A DNA stretch of 64,000 nucleotides from Rhodocyclaceae bacterium (GCA_035345935.1 DAORDK010000001.1:4242-68241); one strand, 5' to 3'. Positions 18,877 to 29,674 are shown, counted from the first letter of the stretch. Made by a program: numbers and translations. Notes: generated by a model not told the origin, from the sequence alone.

Positions 18877-19965
18877 ATGAGCGCCACCGCAAACCGCCTT
18901 CCCCTGATCGACGCTCTCAAGGCCCTGGCCTCCCAGGTCATCGTCCTGCATCATTTTGCGGCTTACGGCCCCCTCTCGCTGGCCTTCGAAGATCTCGCCC
19001 CGACGCTCCAAGGCTGGCTTTACGATTACGGCCGCATCGCAGTCCAGGTCTTCCTCGTGGTCGCAGGCTTTCTTGCCGCCCGCAGCCTCGCTCCCCGCGG
19101 TCGCGCAGCCTTCAAAGAACCCCACCGGATCATCCTGAAGCGCTATCTGAGACTCGTTCCACCCTTCGCAGCGGCGCTCGCCCTGGCCATCCTCTGTTCA
19201 ACCATCGCCCGCGCCTGGATGGACGACGAGGCCATTCCCGATCCCGCCACCCTCCGCCAATACCTGGTCCATATCGCTTTGGCTCACGGAATCGCGGGAA
19301 CCTCGGCCCTATCCGCCGGTGTCTGGTACGTGGCCATCGATTTCCAGCTGTTCGCCCTCTTCACACTTCTCATCTGGTTGGGCGGCAGACTGGGCGGCAA
19401 GCGGGTCAATGCCGCGCCGTTCCTCGTGGCCACGCTGGCAGCGGCATCCTTGTTCTATTTCAATCGGGACTCGACCTGGGACGATTGGGGCATTTATTTC
19501 TTCGGCTCCTATGCCTTGGGAGCCGCCGCGCTGTGGGCCTCCGACCGCGACCGGTCGACGAGCTGGCTGGGCGCTCTTTGGGCGGTCGGCGTCTTTGCGC
19601 TCGTCGTAGACTTCCGCCTGCGGATCGCAGTCGCGCTAGGCGTGGCTCTCACCTTGGGAATCGTCCGTCGGGTCGGTCTCTTCCACCACTGGCCCGAGTT
19701 TCGCCCGGTTGAATTCCTGGGTCGTATTTCTTTTTCGATCTTTCTGATCCACTTTCCCGTCTATCTTCTGGTCAATGCCCTGTTCGAGCGCTATGGCGAC
19801 GGCAGTGCTTCCCAAGCGGCATTCACGCTGATTGCGGCCTGGCTTACCAGCATCGCTGCCGGCTATACCTTCTTTCGCCAGGTCGAATCCCGCCCCGCCC
19901 GCTACTGGCCACAACAAGCCGCAGCAGTGGCTGCTGTCCTCCTGGGACGCCTCGGTTTCCGCTAG
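18877..19965 (+). CDS. acyltransferase family 3 integral membrane protein
   Basis: 362 aa with about 10 predicted hydrophobic helices. The N-terminal LPLIDALKALASQVIVLHH is typical of the acyltransferase_3 family. Confidence 0.75.
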   Translation: MSATANRLPLIDALKALASQVIVLHHFAAYGPLSLAFEDLAPTLQGWLYDYGRIAVQVFLVVAGFLAARSLAPRGRAAFKEPHRIILKRYLRLVPPFAAALALAILCSTIARAWMDDEAIPDPATLRQYLVHIALAHGIAGTSALSAGVWYVAIDFQLFALFTLLIWLGGRLGGKRVNAAPFLVATLAAASLFYFNRDSTWDDWGIYFFGSYALGAAALWASDRDRSTSWLGALWAVGVFALVVDFRLRIAVALGVALTLGIVRRVGLFHHWPEFRPVEFLGRISFSIFLIHFPVYLLVNALFERYGDGSASQAAFTLIAAWLTSIAAGYTFFRQVESRPARYWPQQAAAVAAVLLGRLGFR

Positions 19966-20012
19966 TCGACATCCGCGGTGCCTGGAACGGCAACCCCGGC
20001 CGGGCTGGTGTC

Positions 20013-23000
20013 TTACTCCGCCAGGCCCATCAGATCGGCGTTTCCGCCCACCGCTGCCGTATTGACCGTCAATACCCGTTCGCACATCAATCTGTACAGA
20101 GCGATCGGCTCGCTTGCCGCTTCAGCCACGACTACCGGTATACGCGGCCCCTGCCAGACCGCCGCCCGCCGACGCCAGGCCCCGTAGTCCGACGAATCCA
20201 CGAGGATTCCAGCAATCGGCTCGGCGGATTCAGCATCAGCGTGGTCGAGAACCTCGGCAGGCAAATCGGCGGGTAGCTGAAACTCCGGCGGCGCGCGAAA
20301 TCGATTCCCGCTCGCGAGACAAACCGCAATCTGCACCAACTGGCTATCCCGGCTCCGGCCCGTACAGAGGATCGTTCCCCGCGGTGCCCAGCGCAGGTTG
20401 TTGGCCTCCCCGGTCGGGCCCGGAAGGCGTATTTCCCAACCCCGCGGGCTCGCCTCTGCAAGGCGGCGGCAGCACTGGGCGAATTCCGTCAGGCCATGAC
20501 CCAGCGCCCAGCGGGCCAGGGATTCGATTTCAGGATGTTTCTGATCGGGTGCGGTACGCGCGAATCCCAAGGCTTCCCAGTCGGGCATGGCAATTCCCAT
20601 CAGGGAAGGCAGGGTAATCGGCCCGCCCGCTTTGGGGCCCGTTCCCGAGAGCCCCTCGCCCCCGAAGGGCTGGACCCCGACCACGGCTCCGATCTGATTG
20701 CGGTTCACGTAGATATTGCCGGCCCGGACCGTCCCAGCCAACGCAACGACAGTCTCGTCAATGCGACTGTGAATGCCGAAGGTGAGGCCGTATCCCATGC
20801 CATTGATGCGCTCGGCGAGTTCTCCCATGTGGTCCGCGGGAAAACGAAGGACATGGACCACGGGACCGAAGATTTCCCCCGGGATATCCTCGATCCGCTC
20901 GATCTCGACGAGCGCCGGAGCACACATCAGACCAGCGGACGGCGCCGACTTCGGCGACCGAAAGATCCCATGGCCCGCCCTGGCCATCGCCTCCAGGTGC
21001 TTTTCGACCGCGTCGCGCGCCTGGGCATCGATCAGCGGCCCCAGGTCCGTAGCAAAGTCCGCCGGGTCGCCCACGCGCAACTCGGCCATGGCCGCCTGCA
21101 ACAGTTCTACTGTTGTCTCGGCGATCTCTTCCTGGAGGCACAGCAGGCGCAATGCCGAGCAGCGCTGGCCGGCCGAGTCGAATCCCGCTGCGAGGACATC
21201 TCGGACCACTTGTTCCGGCAAGGAAGAGGAATCGACGACAAGTGCATTGACACCACCGGTCTCAGCGACCAGGAACGGCCCTTCCGCGGGGCCCGTTCGC
21301 CCCGCCAAACACCCGTCGATTTCCCGTGCGACCGCCGATGAACCGGTAAAGAGCACACCCCCGATACCCGGATCCTCCACCAGCATTCGCCCGATGGCAC
21401 CATCCCCAGGAATCAACTGCAAAGCCGCAGCCGGAATCCCGGCCCTGAGGAGGAGGTCCACCGCTCGGTCGGCAATGAGGGGGGTCTGTTCCGCCGGCTT
21501 GGCAATCACCGGATAACCGGCTGCCAGAGCGGCCGCAATCTGCCCGATGAAAATAGCCAAGGGAAAATTCCAGGGGCTGATGCAGGCCACTGGCGCTGCC
21601 GGCCTCCGGCTCACCTCAGGCTCCAGACTCCTAAGGCGCGCCGCGTAATAGCGGAGGAAATCGACCGCCTCCCGAATCTCGCCCAGGGCATTGCCCCAAG
21701 TCTTACCCGCTTCCCGCACCAACAGGGCGAACAGTACCTCTTGATCCGCCTCGATTGCCATTGCCGCCGCCTCCAACAGCCGCGCCCGCCGGTGCGGCGA
21801 TTCGGCGGCCCAGAGCGGCGCAAACTCTCGCGCCCGAGCCACGGCCAGCGCCACCAGGCGGCCATCGCCTTCGACGACTTCGCCAATCCGCTCCTTGGCG
21901 TTGGCCGGGTTGAACATTGGTCGACGGGCTCCTTCGTCCACACTGGATTCGGCAATCCGGGGGCGACAGGACCAACCATGACCTCGCGCAGCGGCCAAGT
22001 ATCCGGCAAGGCGATCCAGGGTCGCCTCGTCGGCCAGATCCTCGCCTCGGGAATTGACCCGCTCGACGCCGAACAAAGCCGCTGGCAGGGGAACTTGAGG
22101 ATGGGGTTTGCCCGCGGTGGTGGCAATGCGTTCGAGAGGATCGGCGATCAGATCATCAAGCGCCACGCCGTCGTCCACCAAGCGATGGACGAAGGAGGTG
22201 TTGGCGCCGTTCTCCAACAATCGCCGCACCAGGTAGGGCAGCAGCGTGCGGTGGCTCCCGACCGGAGCGTAGATCCGGACACGGTGCCGCAGGGACGACA
22301 GAGCTGAGACCTGGTCGTAAAGCGCCTCCCCCATACCGTGTAGACACTGGAATTCGTAGTCGAGCACCCCGCGATCCCTGGCCAGCGCGGCAACTGCCGC
22401 CACGGTATGGGCATTGTGGGTCGCGAATTGTGGATAAACGGCATCGGCGCATTCCAACACGCGCGCGGCGCAGACCAGATACGACAAATCCGTATGCACC
22501 TTGCGCGTGAAGACCGGGTAGTCGGAAACGCCTTCCACCTGGGCACGCTTGATTTCCCCATCCCAGTATGCGCCCTTGACCAGCCGCACCATGAGCCGAC
22601 GCCCGCTCCCGCGGGCCAGAGCGACCAGATGATCCACCACCTGCGGCGCGCGCTTCTGGTAGGCCTGAACGACAAATCCCAGTCCCGCCCAGTCCGCGAG
22701 TTCGGGAAGCTCCAGAAGCGCTTCCAGGAGATCGAGGGAAAGTTCCAAACGATCCGACTCCTCGGCGTCGATCGAAAGCCCGATGGAGCAGTGCCGAGCC
22801 CGCCGCGCAAGTTCGGCCAGACTCGAAAGCAATTCGTCGAGCACCCGATCACGTTGAGAGCGGCAGTAGCGAGGATGGAGAGCCGAAAGCTTGACCGAAA
22901 CGCCAGGGCCGGCATGGACGCCGACACCGCCGGCCGCCTGTCCGACTGCATCGATGGCGGCGGCGTAAGCCTCGAAGTAGCGCCTGGCATCCGCCGACGT

Positions 23001-23624
23001 CAGGGCAGCCTCGCCCAGCATATCGAACGAATGAACGTAGCCATGCCGGGAGCTCTCGCGGCTGCGGGCGAGCGCCGCGTCGATGTCCTCGCCCATCACG
23101 AAGCGCTCCCCAAGCAATTCGACGCCGAAGGCGAGCATGCGTCGCACCAAGGGCTCGCCTCCCTTGACCAACGCGCGGGACAGGGCGTTTCCTAGCTTGC
23201 TGGCGCTGACGGTGGAAGCCAATCGTCCCGTCACCATCAATCCCCAGGCAGCGGCATTGACGAAGAGTGAAGGGCTGTGGCCCAAGTGAGCCTGCCAATC
23301 TCCCCGAGCCAGTTTGTCGCGGATCAGCCGGTCCGTCGTGCCGGCATCGGGGATGCGCAACAGTGCCTCGGCAAGACAGAGCAACGCCACGCCTTCCTGG
23401 CTGGTGAGCGCAAATTCCTGCATCAAGCTGTCCAGACCGGCACTTCCGCGGCGCTCTTTGCGGACCGCCAAGACCAGGTCGCTCGCCGAGCGGGCGACGG
23501 CAGCACGTTCATAGGGCCGCCGCTGCAATTCGGTTGCCAGACCGGCGACCACTTCAGACTCGTCAGCTCGGCACACCCCCGCAATTGCAGCACGAGTAGC
23601 CCATGACTTGTTGATTGGAGACAT
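20013..23624 (-). CDS. putA: bifunctional proline dehydrogenase / L-glutamate gamma-semialdehyde dehydrogenase PutA
   Basis: About 1203 aa from the ATG at 23624 (MSPINKSW...), with a PRODH barrel region, an ALDH domain (FTGS, EAGGKN-like ETGGVNA) and a C-terminal ALDH-like domain. I saw no ribbon-helix-helix DNA-binding N-terminus. The 52-codon track extension was discarded. Confidence 0.95.
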   Translation of the reverse strand: MSPINKSWATRAAIAGVCRADESEVVAGLATELQRRPYERAAVARSASDLVLAVRKERRGSAGLDSLMQEFALTSQEGVALLCLAEALLRIPDAGTTDRLIRDKLARGDWQAHLGHSPSLFVNAAAWGLMVTGRLASTVSASKLGNALSRALVKGGEPLVRRMLAFGVELLGERFVMGEDIDAALARSRESSRHGYVHSFDMLGEAALTSADARRYFEAYAAAIDAVGQAAGGVGVHAGPGVSVKLSALHPRYCRSQRDRVLDELLSSLAELARRARHCSIGLSIDAEESDRLELSLDLLEALLELPELADWAGLGFVVQAYQKRAPQVVDHLVALARGSGRRLMVRLVKGAYWDGEIKRAQVEGVSDYPVFTRKVHTDLSYLVCAARVLECADAVYPQFATHNAHTVAAVAALARDRGVLDYEFQCLHGMGEALYDQVSALSSLRHRVRIYAPVGSHRTLLPYLVRRLLENGANTSFVHRLVDDGVALDDLIADPLERIATTAGKPHPQVPLPAALFGVERVNSRGEDLADEATLDRLAGYLAAARGHGWSCRPRIAESSVDEGARRPMFNPANAKERIGEVVEGDGRLVALAVARAREFAPLWAAESPHRRARLLEAAAMAIEADQEVLFALLVREAGKTWGNALGEIREAVDFLRYYAARLRSLEPEVSRRPAAPVACISPWNFPLAIFIGQIAAALAAGYPVIAKPAEQTPLIADRAVDLLLRAGIPAAALQLIPGDGAIGRMLVEDPGIGGVLFTGSSAVAREIDGCLAGRTGPAEGPFLVAETGGVNALVVDSSSLPEQVVRDVLAAGFDSAGQRCSALRLLCLQEEIAETTVELLQAAMAELRVGDPADFATDLGPLIDAQARDAVEKHLEAMARAGHGIFRSPKSAPSAGLMCAPALVEIERIEDIPGEIFGPVVHVLRFPADHMGELAERINGMGYGLTFGIHSRIDETVVALAGTVRAGNIYVNRNQIGAVVGVQPFGGEGLSGTGPKAGGPITLPSLMGIAMPDWEALGFARTAPDQKHPEIESLARWALGHGLTEFAQCCRRLAEASPRGWEIRLPGPTGEANNLRWAPRGTILCTGRSRDSQLVQIAVCLASGNRFRAPPEFQLPADLPAEVLDHADAESAEPIAGILVDSSDYGAWRRRAAVWQGPRIPVVVAEAASEPIALYRLMCERVLTVNTAAVGGNADLMGLAE

Positions 23625-23773
23625 GGTGATTTCCTGCTGGGGACCCCGTTCAGGATAGTGCCGCGGCGGCCGCCTTCCAAGCCTTGCCGACCACAGGTAG
23701 GGCGAAACACGTTCCTCATTGACGGCGACCCGAGGCCAAAGGGCGTAAATCTTCGCGCTGCGGTGCTCTCCGG

Positions 23774-23803
23774 ATGACAATTGTCACAGCGCGGCGCGAT
23801 AAT
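23774..23803 (+). promoter_or_regulatory. sigma70-like promoter (-35 ATGACA, 18 nt, -10 GATAAT) overlapped by the perfect 12-bp palindrome TGACAATTGTCA (23775-23786)
   Basis: Read directly in the putA / HD-GYP divergent intergenic region. The palindrome is a candidate operator. The HD-GYP ATG lies 41 nt downstream of the -10 and is preceded by aagga. Confidence 0.4.
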
Positions 23804-23844
23804 GGAGCCCAACAGTAACCGGCTCCCGCCTGCAAGGACGCACC

Positions 23845-24948
23845 ATGGATTCGCGCCAGGCCACCATCCTGATCGTTGACGACACGCCGGAGAACCTGAC
23901 GGTGCTGGGGGAATTGCTCCAGCCCAACTATCGCGTCCGGGCTGCAAATTCGGGCCGGCGAGCCCTTCAGATTGCGGCTGCCGACCCTGCCCCCGACCTC
24001 ATTCTCCTCGACGTGATGATGCCGGAGATGGACGGGTACGAGGTGATGGCCCGCCTGCGCAACGATCCCCGCACGCGGGAAATCCCGGTGGTCTTCGTCA
24101 CCGCCATGGACAGCACCGAGGCTGAGGAGCGCGGACTGGACTGCGGCGCGGTCGATTACATCACCAAACCCCTGCGGCCGGCGATTGTCCTCGCCCGAGT
24201 CCGTACCCAGCTGGAATTGAAGCAGGCGCGCGATTTGCTGCGCGATCAAAACAGTTACCTCGAAGCCGAAGTCAGCCGCCGGATGAGCGAAAACCAACTC
24301 ATCCAGGAGGTGAGCATCCACGCCTTGGCCCGACTGGCCGAAACCCGGGATCCGGAAACGGGCAACCACCTGAGGCGAACCCAGGAATACGTCCGCACCC
24401 TGGCGATCAACCTACGTGCCGGCGGCCACCATACCGAAGCCCTCAGCGACAGGGCGATCGCCACCCTGGCACGCTCCGCGCCGCTCCACGATATCGGCAA
24501 GGTGGGCATACCCGACCACATACTCCTCAAACCGGGCAAGCTGACTTCGGACGAATGGGAAATCATGAAGACCCATGCAGCCCTGGGATCGGAAGCCATC
24601 GCCCAGGCCGAGCGGGATGCTGACGAACCGGTGGAATTCCTCGCCGTGGCCAAGGAAATCGCGCACTTCCACCACGAAAAGTGGGATGGCAGCGGCTACC
24701 CCGTAGGACTCAGGGGCGACGGAATTCCGTTGTCGGCAAGGCTCATGGCCCTGGCCGACGTTTTCGATGCCCTGATCAGCCGCCGGGTGTACAAACCCCC
24801 AATGTCCTTCGACGAGGCGAGAAGCATTATCGTCCGCGGTAGCGGAAGTCACTTCGACCCGGCAATCGTGACCGCCTTCGGCAACGCGTTCGACCAATTC
24901 TGCGGAATCGCGGAGCGCTACCAGGATGACGGTCCGGCACCTGGCTGA
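23845..24948 (+). CDS. response regulator with HD-GYP domain (c-di-GMP phosphodiesterase, RpfG family)
   Basis: REC domain (ILIVDDTPENL...[11 protein letters not shown]...TA), followed by the HD (PLHDIGKVGIPD) and GYP (HHEKWDGSGYP) motifs. Confidence 0.9.
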   Translation: MDSRQATILIVDDTPENLTVLGELLQPNYRVRAANSGRRALQIAAADPAPDLILLDVMMPEMDGYEVMARLRNDPRTREIPVVFVTAMDSTEAEERGLDCGAVDYITKPLRPAIVLARVRTQLELKQARDLLRDQNSYLEAEVSRRMSENQLIQEVSIHALARLAETRDPETGNHLRRTQEYVRTLAINLRAGGHHTEALSDRAIATLARSAPLHDIGKVGIPDHILLKPGKLTSDEWEIMKTHAALGSEAIAQAERDADEPVEFLAVAKEIAHFHHEKWDGSGYPVGLRGDGIPLSARLMALADVFDALISRRVYKPPMSFDEARSIIVRGSGSHFDPAIVTAFGNAFDQFCGIAERYQDDGPAPG

Positions 24949-27900
24949 TCTGACCCTCGCTGACATCATGACCCCGGGCGCCATCGGCGTCGGGGAGGAC
25001 TGCAGCTTGCGCGACGCCGCTCTGGCCATGAGCCAGGCACGCATTTCCAGCCTGGTAATCCAACGCAATCGACGCCCTGTGGGTATCCTGACCGAACGGG
25101 ATCTGGTGCGCCTCCTGGCCAGCCACGCCGAAAAGGACTCGGCAGTCGGGACGGTGATGAGTACCCCCGTCGTCGCAGTCGCCGCTGGTCTCGATTTCAG
25201 ATCGGCCTACGAGTTGATGCGCAAGCACCAGGTCCGCCATCTGGTCGCCACGGATCTCAAGGGCGAAACCGTCGGGATTGCGACGGAGACGGATTTCCGC
25301 TCGCACCTCGGCCACGAAGTCTTCCGCCACAGCGCCGACTTGAGTGCCCACATTGACCGCAACATTCCGACACTGAGGCCGCAAGATCCCATTGCCGAAG
25401 GTCTGGCACGCATGCTCGTCGAGCAGTGGGACTACGTTCTGGTGATCGATGACGGCCGTCCGGCGGGGATTTTGACCGAGCGCGACATGCCCAAGCTGCT
25501 GGCCTCCGATCTCGACCTCGACCGGGAAGTGCTAGCCACGGTCATGAGTTCGCCGGTCCACTCCGTCGCCCACGAGGCGACGGTGATCCACGCCCTGGAA
25601 ACCATGGATGCCCGCAAATTGAGGCACATGGCGGTGGTCGATACCCGCGGCAAGGTTGTCGGAATGGTCAGCCAGCACCGGCTCCTCGAGCGCCTGGGCA
25701 TGGAGATCATCGAAGAAGCTTGGGAGCAGCACGATGTCCTCGAAGCGGCCCAGCACGATTTCGAGGACCGGCTGGCGCTGGTGCTGGAGAACACCGGCAT
25801 TGCGGTCTGGGAGTACGATTTCGCGCCGGATCGCTTTACCTGGAGCCCGACCATGGCCAGCCTGCTCCATACCGAAACAGGGAAACTTCCGAATTCGGCC
25901 CGGGATCTCCATGCCCTGATTCACCCCGCCGACCGCGAGACCTTTCTCGCATCGGCGCGCCGTTGCTACCGGGAGGATAGAATTTTCGACGCCGAATGCC
26001 GATTGCGTCGGAGCGACGGCGAGTACTTCTGGATTCGCTACCGCGCTCGTGTAGCTGCCCGGGACGCCGACGGCCGCCTGGCCCGCACCGCGGGTACCCT
26101 TGCCGACATTACCGAACGCAAGCAAGCCGAAGCTGCGCTGGTTGCGAAAGAACAGCTCTTCCGCGCCATCGTCAGCCAAGCCCGCGACGCCATCGTGCTG
26201 ATCGAAACGACGACCCTGGGATTCGTCGAGTTCAACGATGCCGCCTGCCGCGGCCTCGGTTACAGCCGCGAGGAATTCTCCCGGCTGCACCTCTGGAACG
26301 TATTCGCGAATGTTTCCCAGGAAGAGGTACGGAGTCGTGTCGGGGAATTCCTCGCTGCCGGAGGCGTGGATATCGAAGCCGACCATGTGCACTGGGACGG
26401 CTCGATTCGCCACATGCGGGCGAGCTATCGTACCGTTGGGGTGGGTGGCCAGACTTTTTTGTCGGCGATCTGGACCGACGTGACTGACCGGCGTCAGGCC
26501 GAAGCAGCCCTCAGAATCAGCGAACAGCGTTTCCGCTCGCTCTTTGAGGGAATCGAAGGGATCGCGGTTCGCGGCTACGACGCCGACGGCAGGATCGTCC
26601 TCTGGAATCGGGCCAGTGAACGTCTCTACGGTTTTTCGCCAGAAGCGGCCCTGGGTCGCAAGCTTGAGGATTGCCTCCTGCCGCCGGATGAGCGTGAAGC
26701 CCTTGCTTCGGCTTTTCAACAATGGGTCACCGGGGGGAATCCCATGGTTGCCGGCGAAGGGCGTTTGATTTGCCAGGACGGTACGCCCGTCACCGTCTTC
26801 TCCAGCCCGGTTATCCAGGTGGGGGCCAGTGGCCGGCCTGAAGTCTATTTCATCGACGTGGACCTTTCTCCCCTGGAGGAAATCCAATTTCAATACCAGA
26901 TGCTTGCCGATTCGGGTTCAGCACTGATCCGGACTTCGGATACCGAGGGCAATTGCAATTATTTCAACCGCCCCTGGCTGGAATTTCGAGGACGCTCCCT
27001 GGAAGACGAGGTTCGCGCCGGGTGGCTGGCTGGCGTTCATCCAGACGACCTGGATTCCACGGCAGAAGCCTACCTTGGTGCCATCAAGCGGCGCGAGAAC
27101 TTCGGCATGGTCTATCGCCTCCTGCGCCAGGACGGCCAGTACCGCTGGGTTCGGGACGAAGGGCGTCCCCGCTATGGTCGGAACGGCGAGTATCAGGGCT
27201 ATATCGGTCATTGCATCGACATCACCGAAAGCCAGAAGACCAACCTCGAACTGAGCCAGCATCGTCAGCACCTGGAAGAACTGGTCCTCAAGCGGACCGC
27301 CGAACTGGAGGAGGCCAATCGCCGACTCCAGGCCAGCGACCGGCGCCATCAGGCGCTCTATGCCATCTCGCGCCAAGCCGAAGGTCTCGACGAGCCGGCC
27401 TTGATCGGCCTCTGTCTTTCCGAAGCAGCCCGACTCCTGGACAGCAACCTCGCCTGGCTGATCGCCTACGACGACCAGGGCGAAATCATCGCCATCGACG
27501 GCTTTGATCGAGAAAATCGCTTCCATTGCGCCGACTGGAAAAGTTGTCCCCATTGCCGCGCACTGCAGGATCTCGCCCGTCATTGCCGGCAATCCCGATC
27601 CGCACTGGTCAACGAGTTGGACGCCGCCGCCATCTCCGAGTGCGTCCTTGCCGACAGCCCTCGTTTTCTGGTGGTCGCCCCCGTGGTCGAATCGGATGCC
27701 GTGCGAGCCGTTTTCGGCATGGCAGGCAGGGAAAAGGCTTATTCCCCCGTCGATGCCCAGGAGTTGGCGACAATTGCCAACGATCTTTGGCGCATCGTCA
27801 TGCGCCGAAGGGCTGAAATCGCCCTGGCGCGCACCAGCGATGCCGCGGAAGCCGCGAGTCGGGCAAAGTCGGCGTTTCTGGCCAACATGAGCCACGAAAT

Positions 27901-29674
27901 CCGGACTCCGATGAACGCCATTATCGGGCTGACCCATCTGCTCTTACGCCAGACCGAAAATTCCAAGCAGGTCGACCAACTGCGCAAGATCGGAGATTCA
28001 GCCCAGCATCTTCTCTCGATCATCAACGATGTCCTAGACATGTCCAAGATCGAGGCCGGCAAGGTCGAGCTGGAGATCGGCGACTTCACGGTCGAAAGCT
28101 TGTTCGATCATGTGACGTCGATGCTCGCCGAGCGGTGCGCCCAAAAGGGTCTGGAGCTCCGGAAGGACATCTCCGAGTCGGCGAGGATAGCTTTGCGCGG
28201 CGATCCGACTCGCCTGAGCCAGATCCTCATCAACTACGCGGCAAATGCGATCAAGTTCACCGACCGCGGTTCGATCACCTTGCGCGCGCGCGCCTCAGAA
28301 GTCGCTCCTGGCACGAGCCTCCTCCGCCTTGAGGTCCAGGATACCGGAATCGGCATACAACCCGAGGCGCGCGCACGCCTGTTCAACGAATTCGAACAGG
28401 GCGACACGTCCACCACGCGCCGTTACGGGGGAACCGGGCTGGGACTTGCCATCTGCCGCCTGCTGGCGCAGATCATGGGTGGCAGGGTGGGATGCGAAAG
28501 CGCCCCCCAGACTGGCAGCATCTTCTGGTTCGAGGCGCCATTCCCCGTCGGGACTCAGCGGGTCCCCTTCATGCCGCCGGCGCTTCCCGAAGAGACCGAG
28601 CGCATCGAGCGGCATCTCGCCAAGCAAGCGGGCAACATTCCCATCCTTCTCGCGGAGGATACTCCGGTAAGCCGCGAGGTGATGTTCGAGCTTCTCACAG
28701 GCCTGGGTTTTCCGACCGATCTTGCCGAAAACGGCGAGGAAGCGGTCGCCATGGCGGGAAACAAGCAATACCTCCTAGTCCTGATGGACGTGCAAATGCC
28801 TCGTTTGGATGGCCTCGAAGCCACCCGAGCGCTCCGCAGCCTGCCGGGTTACGCCAAAGTCCCCATCCTCGCGCTCACCGCCAATGCCTTCGACGTAGAC
28901 CGGCAGGAGTGCATCGCGGCGGGCATGGATGACCACATTCCCAAACCCGTGGAACCTTCGGTTCTCTACGCCACCCTCGCCCGCTGGATCCCCGTCGAAA
29001 TAGGCGGTGCAGAGGCGCAAAGCCAGGTTCCCCCTGCCTCCGAACCTGATGCCTCGAGGCTGCTCAACCGACTCCAGGCCATCCCGGGTCTGGGCGCCGA
29101 CGTCGGCGTTCGCCGTTTGCGCGGCAAGGTCCGGACCTACCTGCGGGTTGCGGAAATGTTCACCACCGAGCACAGCAGCGATGCCGAAACGATCCGCCAA
29201 ATGCTGATCGATGGCAATTTGACCGACGCCCGACGCCATGCCCATTCCCTGAAAGGTGCCGCGGGGGCGCTCGGCGCGCCGCGCCTGGCCGAACTCGCGA
29301 CTCAATTGGAGAATTTGATTGCCCAGGGGGCTGGCGGAAATCAGGTGGAAGCCGCGCGCATTGCGCTGGGAACTGAGCTGAGCCGCCTCATCACCGCCAT
29401 CTCCCTTGCCTTGACTCGGACCCCAGAGCCGGAAGTAGTTCCCGACTGGGAGGCCACCCGCGCGATTCTCGGAGCCCTGGAACCGCTCCTCGCCCAGGAC
29501 GATATCCGGGCCGGGGAAATCTTCCGCGACAACGCCGCCATCCTGCGTCGCACTTTGGGAAACAATGGCGACGCCCTCGAAAGGCGGATTGCCGGTTACG
29601 ATTTCCAGGCGGCCCTCCAGGAGGTTCGCGACTTGTACCTATACGAACAGCGACTCAGGCAGCGGGATTCCTGA
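24926..29674 (+). CDS. very large cytoplasmic hybrid sensor kinase: 4xCBS - 4xPAS - GAF-like - HisKA - HATPase - REC - Hpt
   Basis: 1582 aa. There are four CBS-like repeats (for example GILTERDLVRLL and GILTERDMPKLL) and repeated PAS blocks (for example WNRASERLYGF and NYFNRPWLEFRG). It also has the H-box [14 protein letters not shown]-boxes ([15 protein letters not shown]), a receiver (ILLAEDTPVSREV...DVQMPRLDG) and Hpt (HSLKGAAGALG). No TM segments were noticed. The ATG at 24926 overlaps the upstream gene by 23 nt. Confidence 0.9.
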   Translation: MTVRHLADLTLADIMTPGAIGVGEDCSLRDAALAMSQARISSLVIQRNRRPVGILTERDLVRLLASHAEKDSAVGTVMSTPVVAVAAGLDFRSAYELMRKHQVRHLVATDLKGETVGIATETDFRSHLGHEVFRHSADLSAHIDRNIPTLRPQDPIAEGLARMLVEQWDYVLVIDDGRPAGILTERDMPKLLASDLDLDREVLATVMSSPVHSVAHEATVIHALETMDARKLRHMAVVDTRGKVVGMVSQHRLLERLGMEIIEEAWEQHDVLEAAQHDFEDRLALVLENTGIAVWEYDFAPDRFTWSPTMASLLHTETGKLPNSARDLHALIHPADRETFLASARRCYREDRIFDAECRLRRSDGEYFWIRYRARVAARDADGRLARTAGTLADITERKQAEAALVAKEQLFRAIVSQARDAIVLIETTTLGFVEFNDAACRGLGYSREEFSRLHLWNVFANVSQEEVRSRVGEFLAAGGVDIEADHVHWDGSIRHMRASYRTVGVGGQTFLSAIWTDVTDRRQAEAALRISEQRFRSLFEGIEGIAVRGYDADGRIVLWNRASERLYGFSPEAALGRKLEDCLLPPDEREALASAFQQWVTGGNPMVAGEGRLICQDGTPVTVFSSPVIQVGASGRPEVYFIDVDLSPLEEIQFQYQMLADSGSALIRTSDTEGNCNYFNRPWLEFRGRSLEDEVRAGWLAGVHPDDLDSTAEAYLGAIKRRENFGMVYRLLRQDGQYRWVRDEGRPRYGRNGEYQGYIGHCIDITESQKTNLELSQHRQHLEELVLKRTAELEEANRRLQASDRRHQALYAISRQAEGLDEPALIGLCLSEAARLLDSNLAWLIAYDDQGEIIAIDGFDRENRFHCADWKSCPHCRALQDLARHCRQSRSALVNELDAAAISECVLADSPRFLVVAPVVESDAVRAVFGMAGREKAYSPVDAQELATIANDLWRIVMRRRAEIALARTSDAAEAASRAKSAFLANMSHEIRTPMNAIIGLTHLLLRQTENSKQVDQLRKIGDSAQHLLSIINDVLDMSKIEAGKVELEIGDFTVESLFDHVTSMLAERCAQKGLELRKDISESARIALRGDPTRLSQILINYAANAIKFTDRGSITLRARASEVAPGTSLLRLEVQDTGIGIQPEARARLFNEFEQGDTSTTRRYGGTGLGLAICRLLAQIMGGRVGCESAPQTGSIFWFEAPFPVGTQRVPFMPPALPEETERIERHLAKQAGNIPILLAEDTPVSREVMFELLTGLGFPTDLAENGEEAVAMAGNKQYLLVLMDVQMPRLDGLEATRALRSLPGYAKVPILALTANAFDVDRQECIAAGMDDHIPKPVEPSVLYATLARWIPVEIGGAEAQSQVPPASEPDASRLLNRLQAIPGLGADVGVRRLRGKVRTYLRVAEMFTTEHSSDAETIRQMLIDGNLTDARRHAHSLKGAAGALGAPRLAELATQLENLIAQGAGGNQVEAARIALGTELSRLITAISLALTRTPEPEVVPDWEATRAILGALEPLLAQDDIRAGEIFRDNAAILRRTLGNNGDALERRIAGYDFQAALQEVRDLYLYEQRLRQRDS

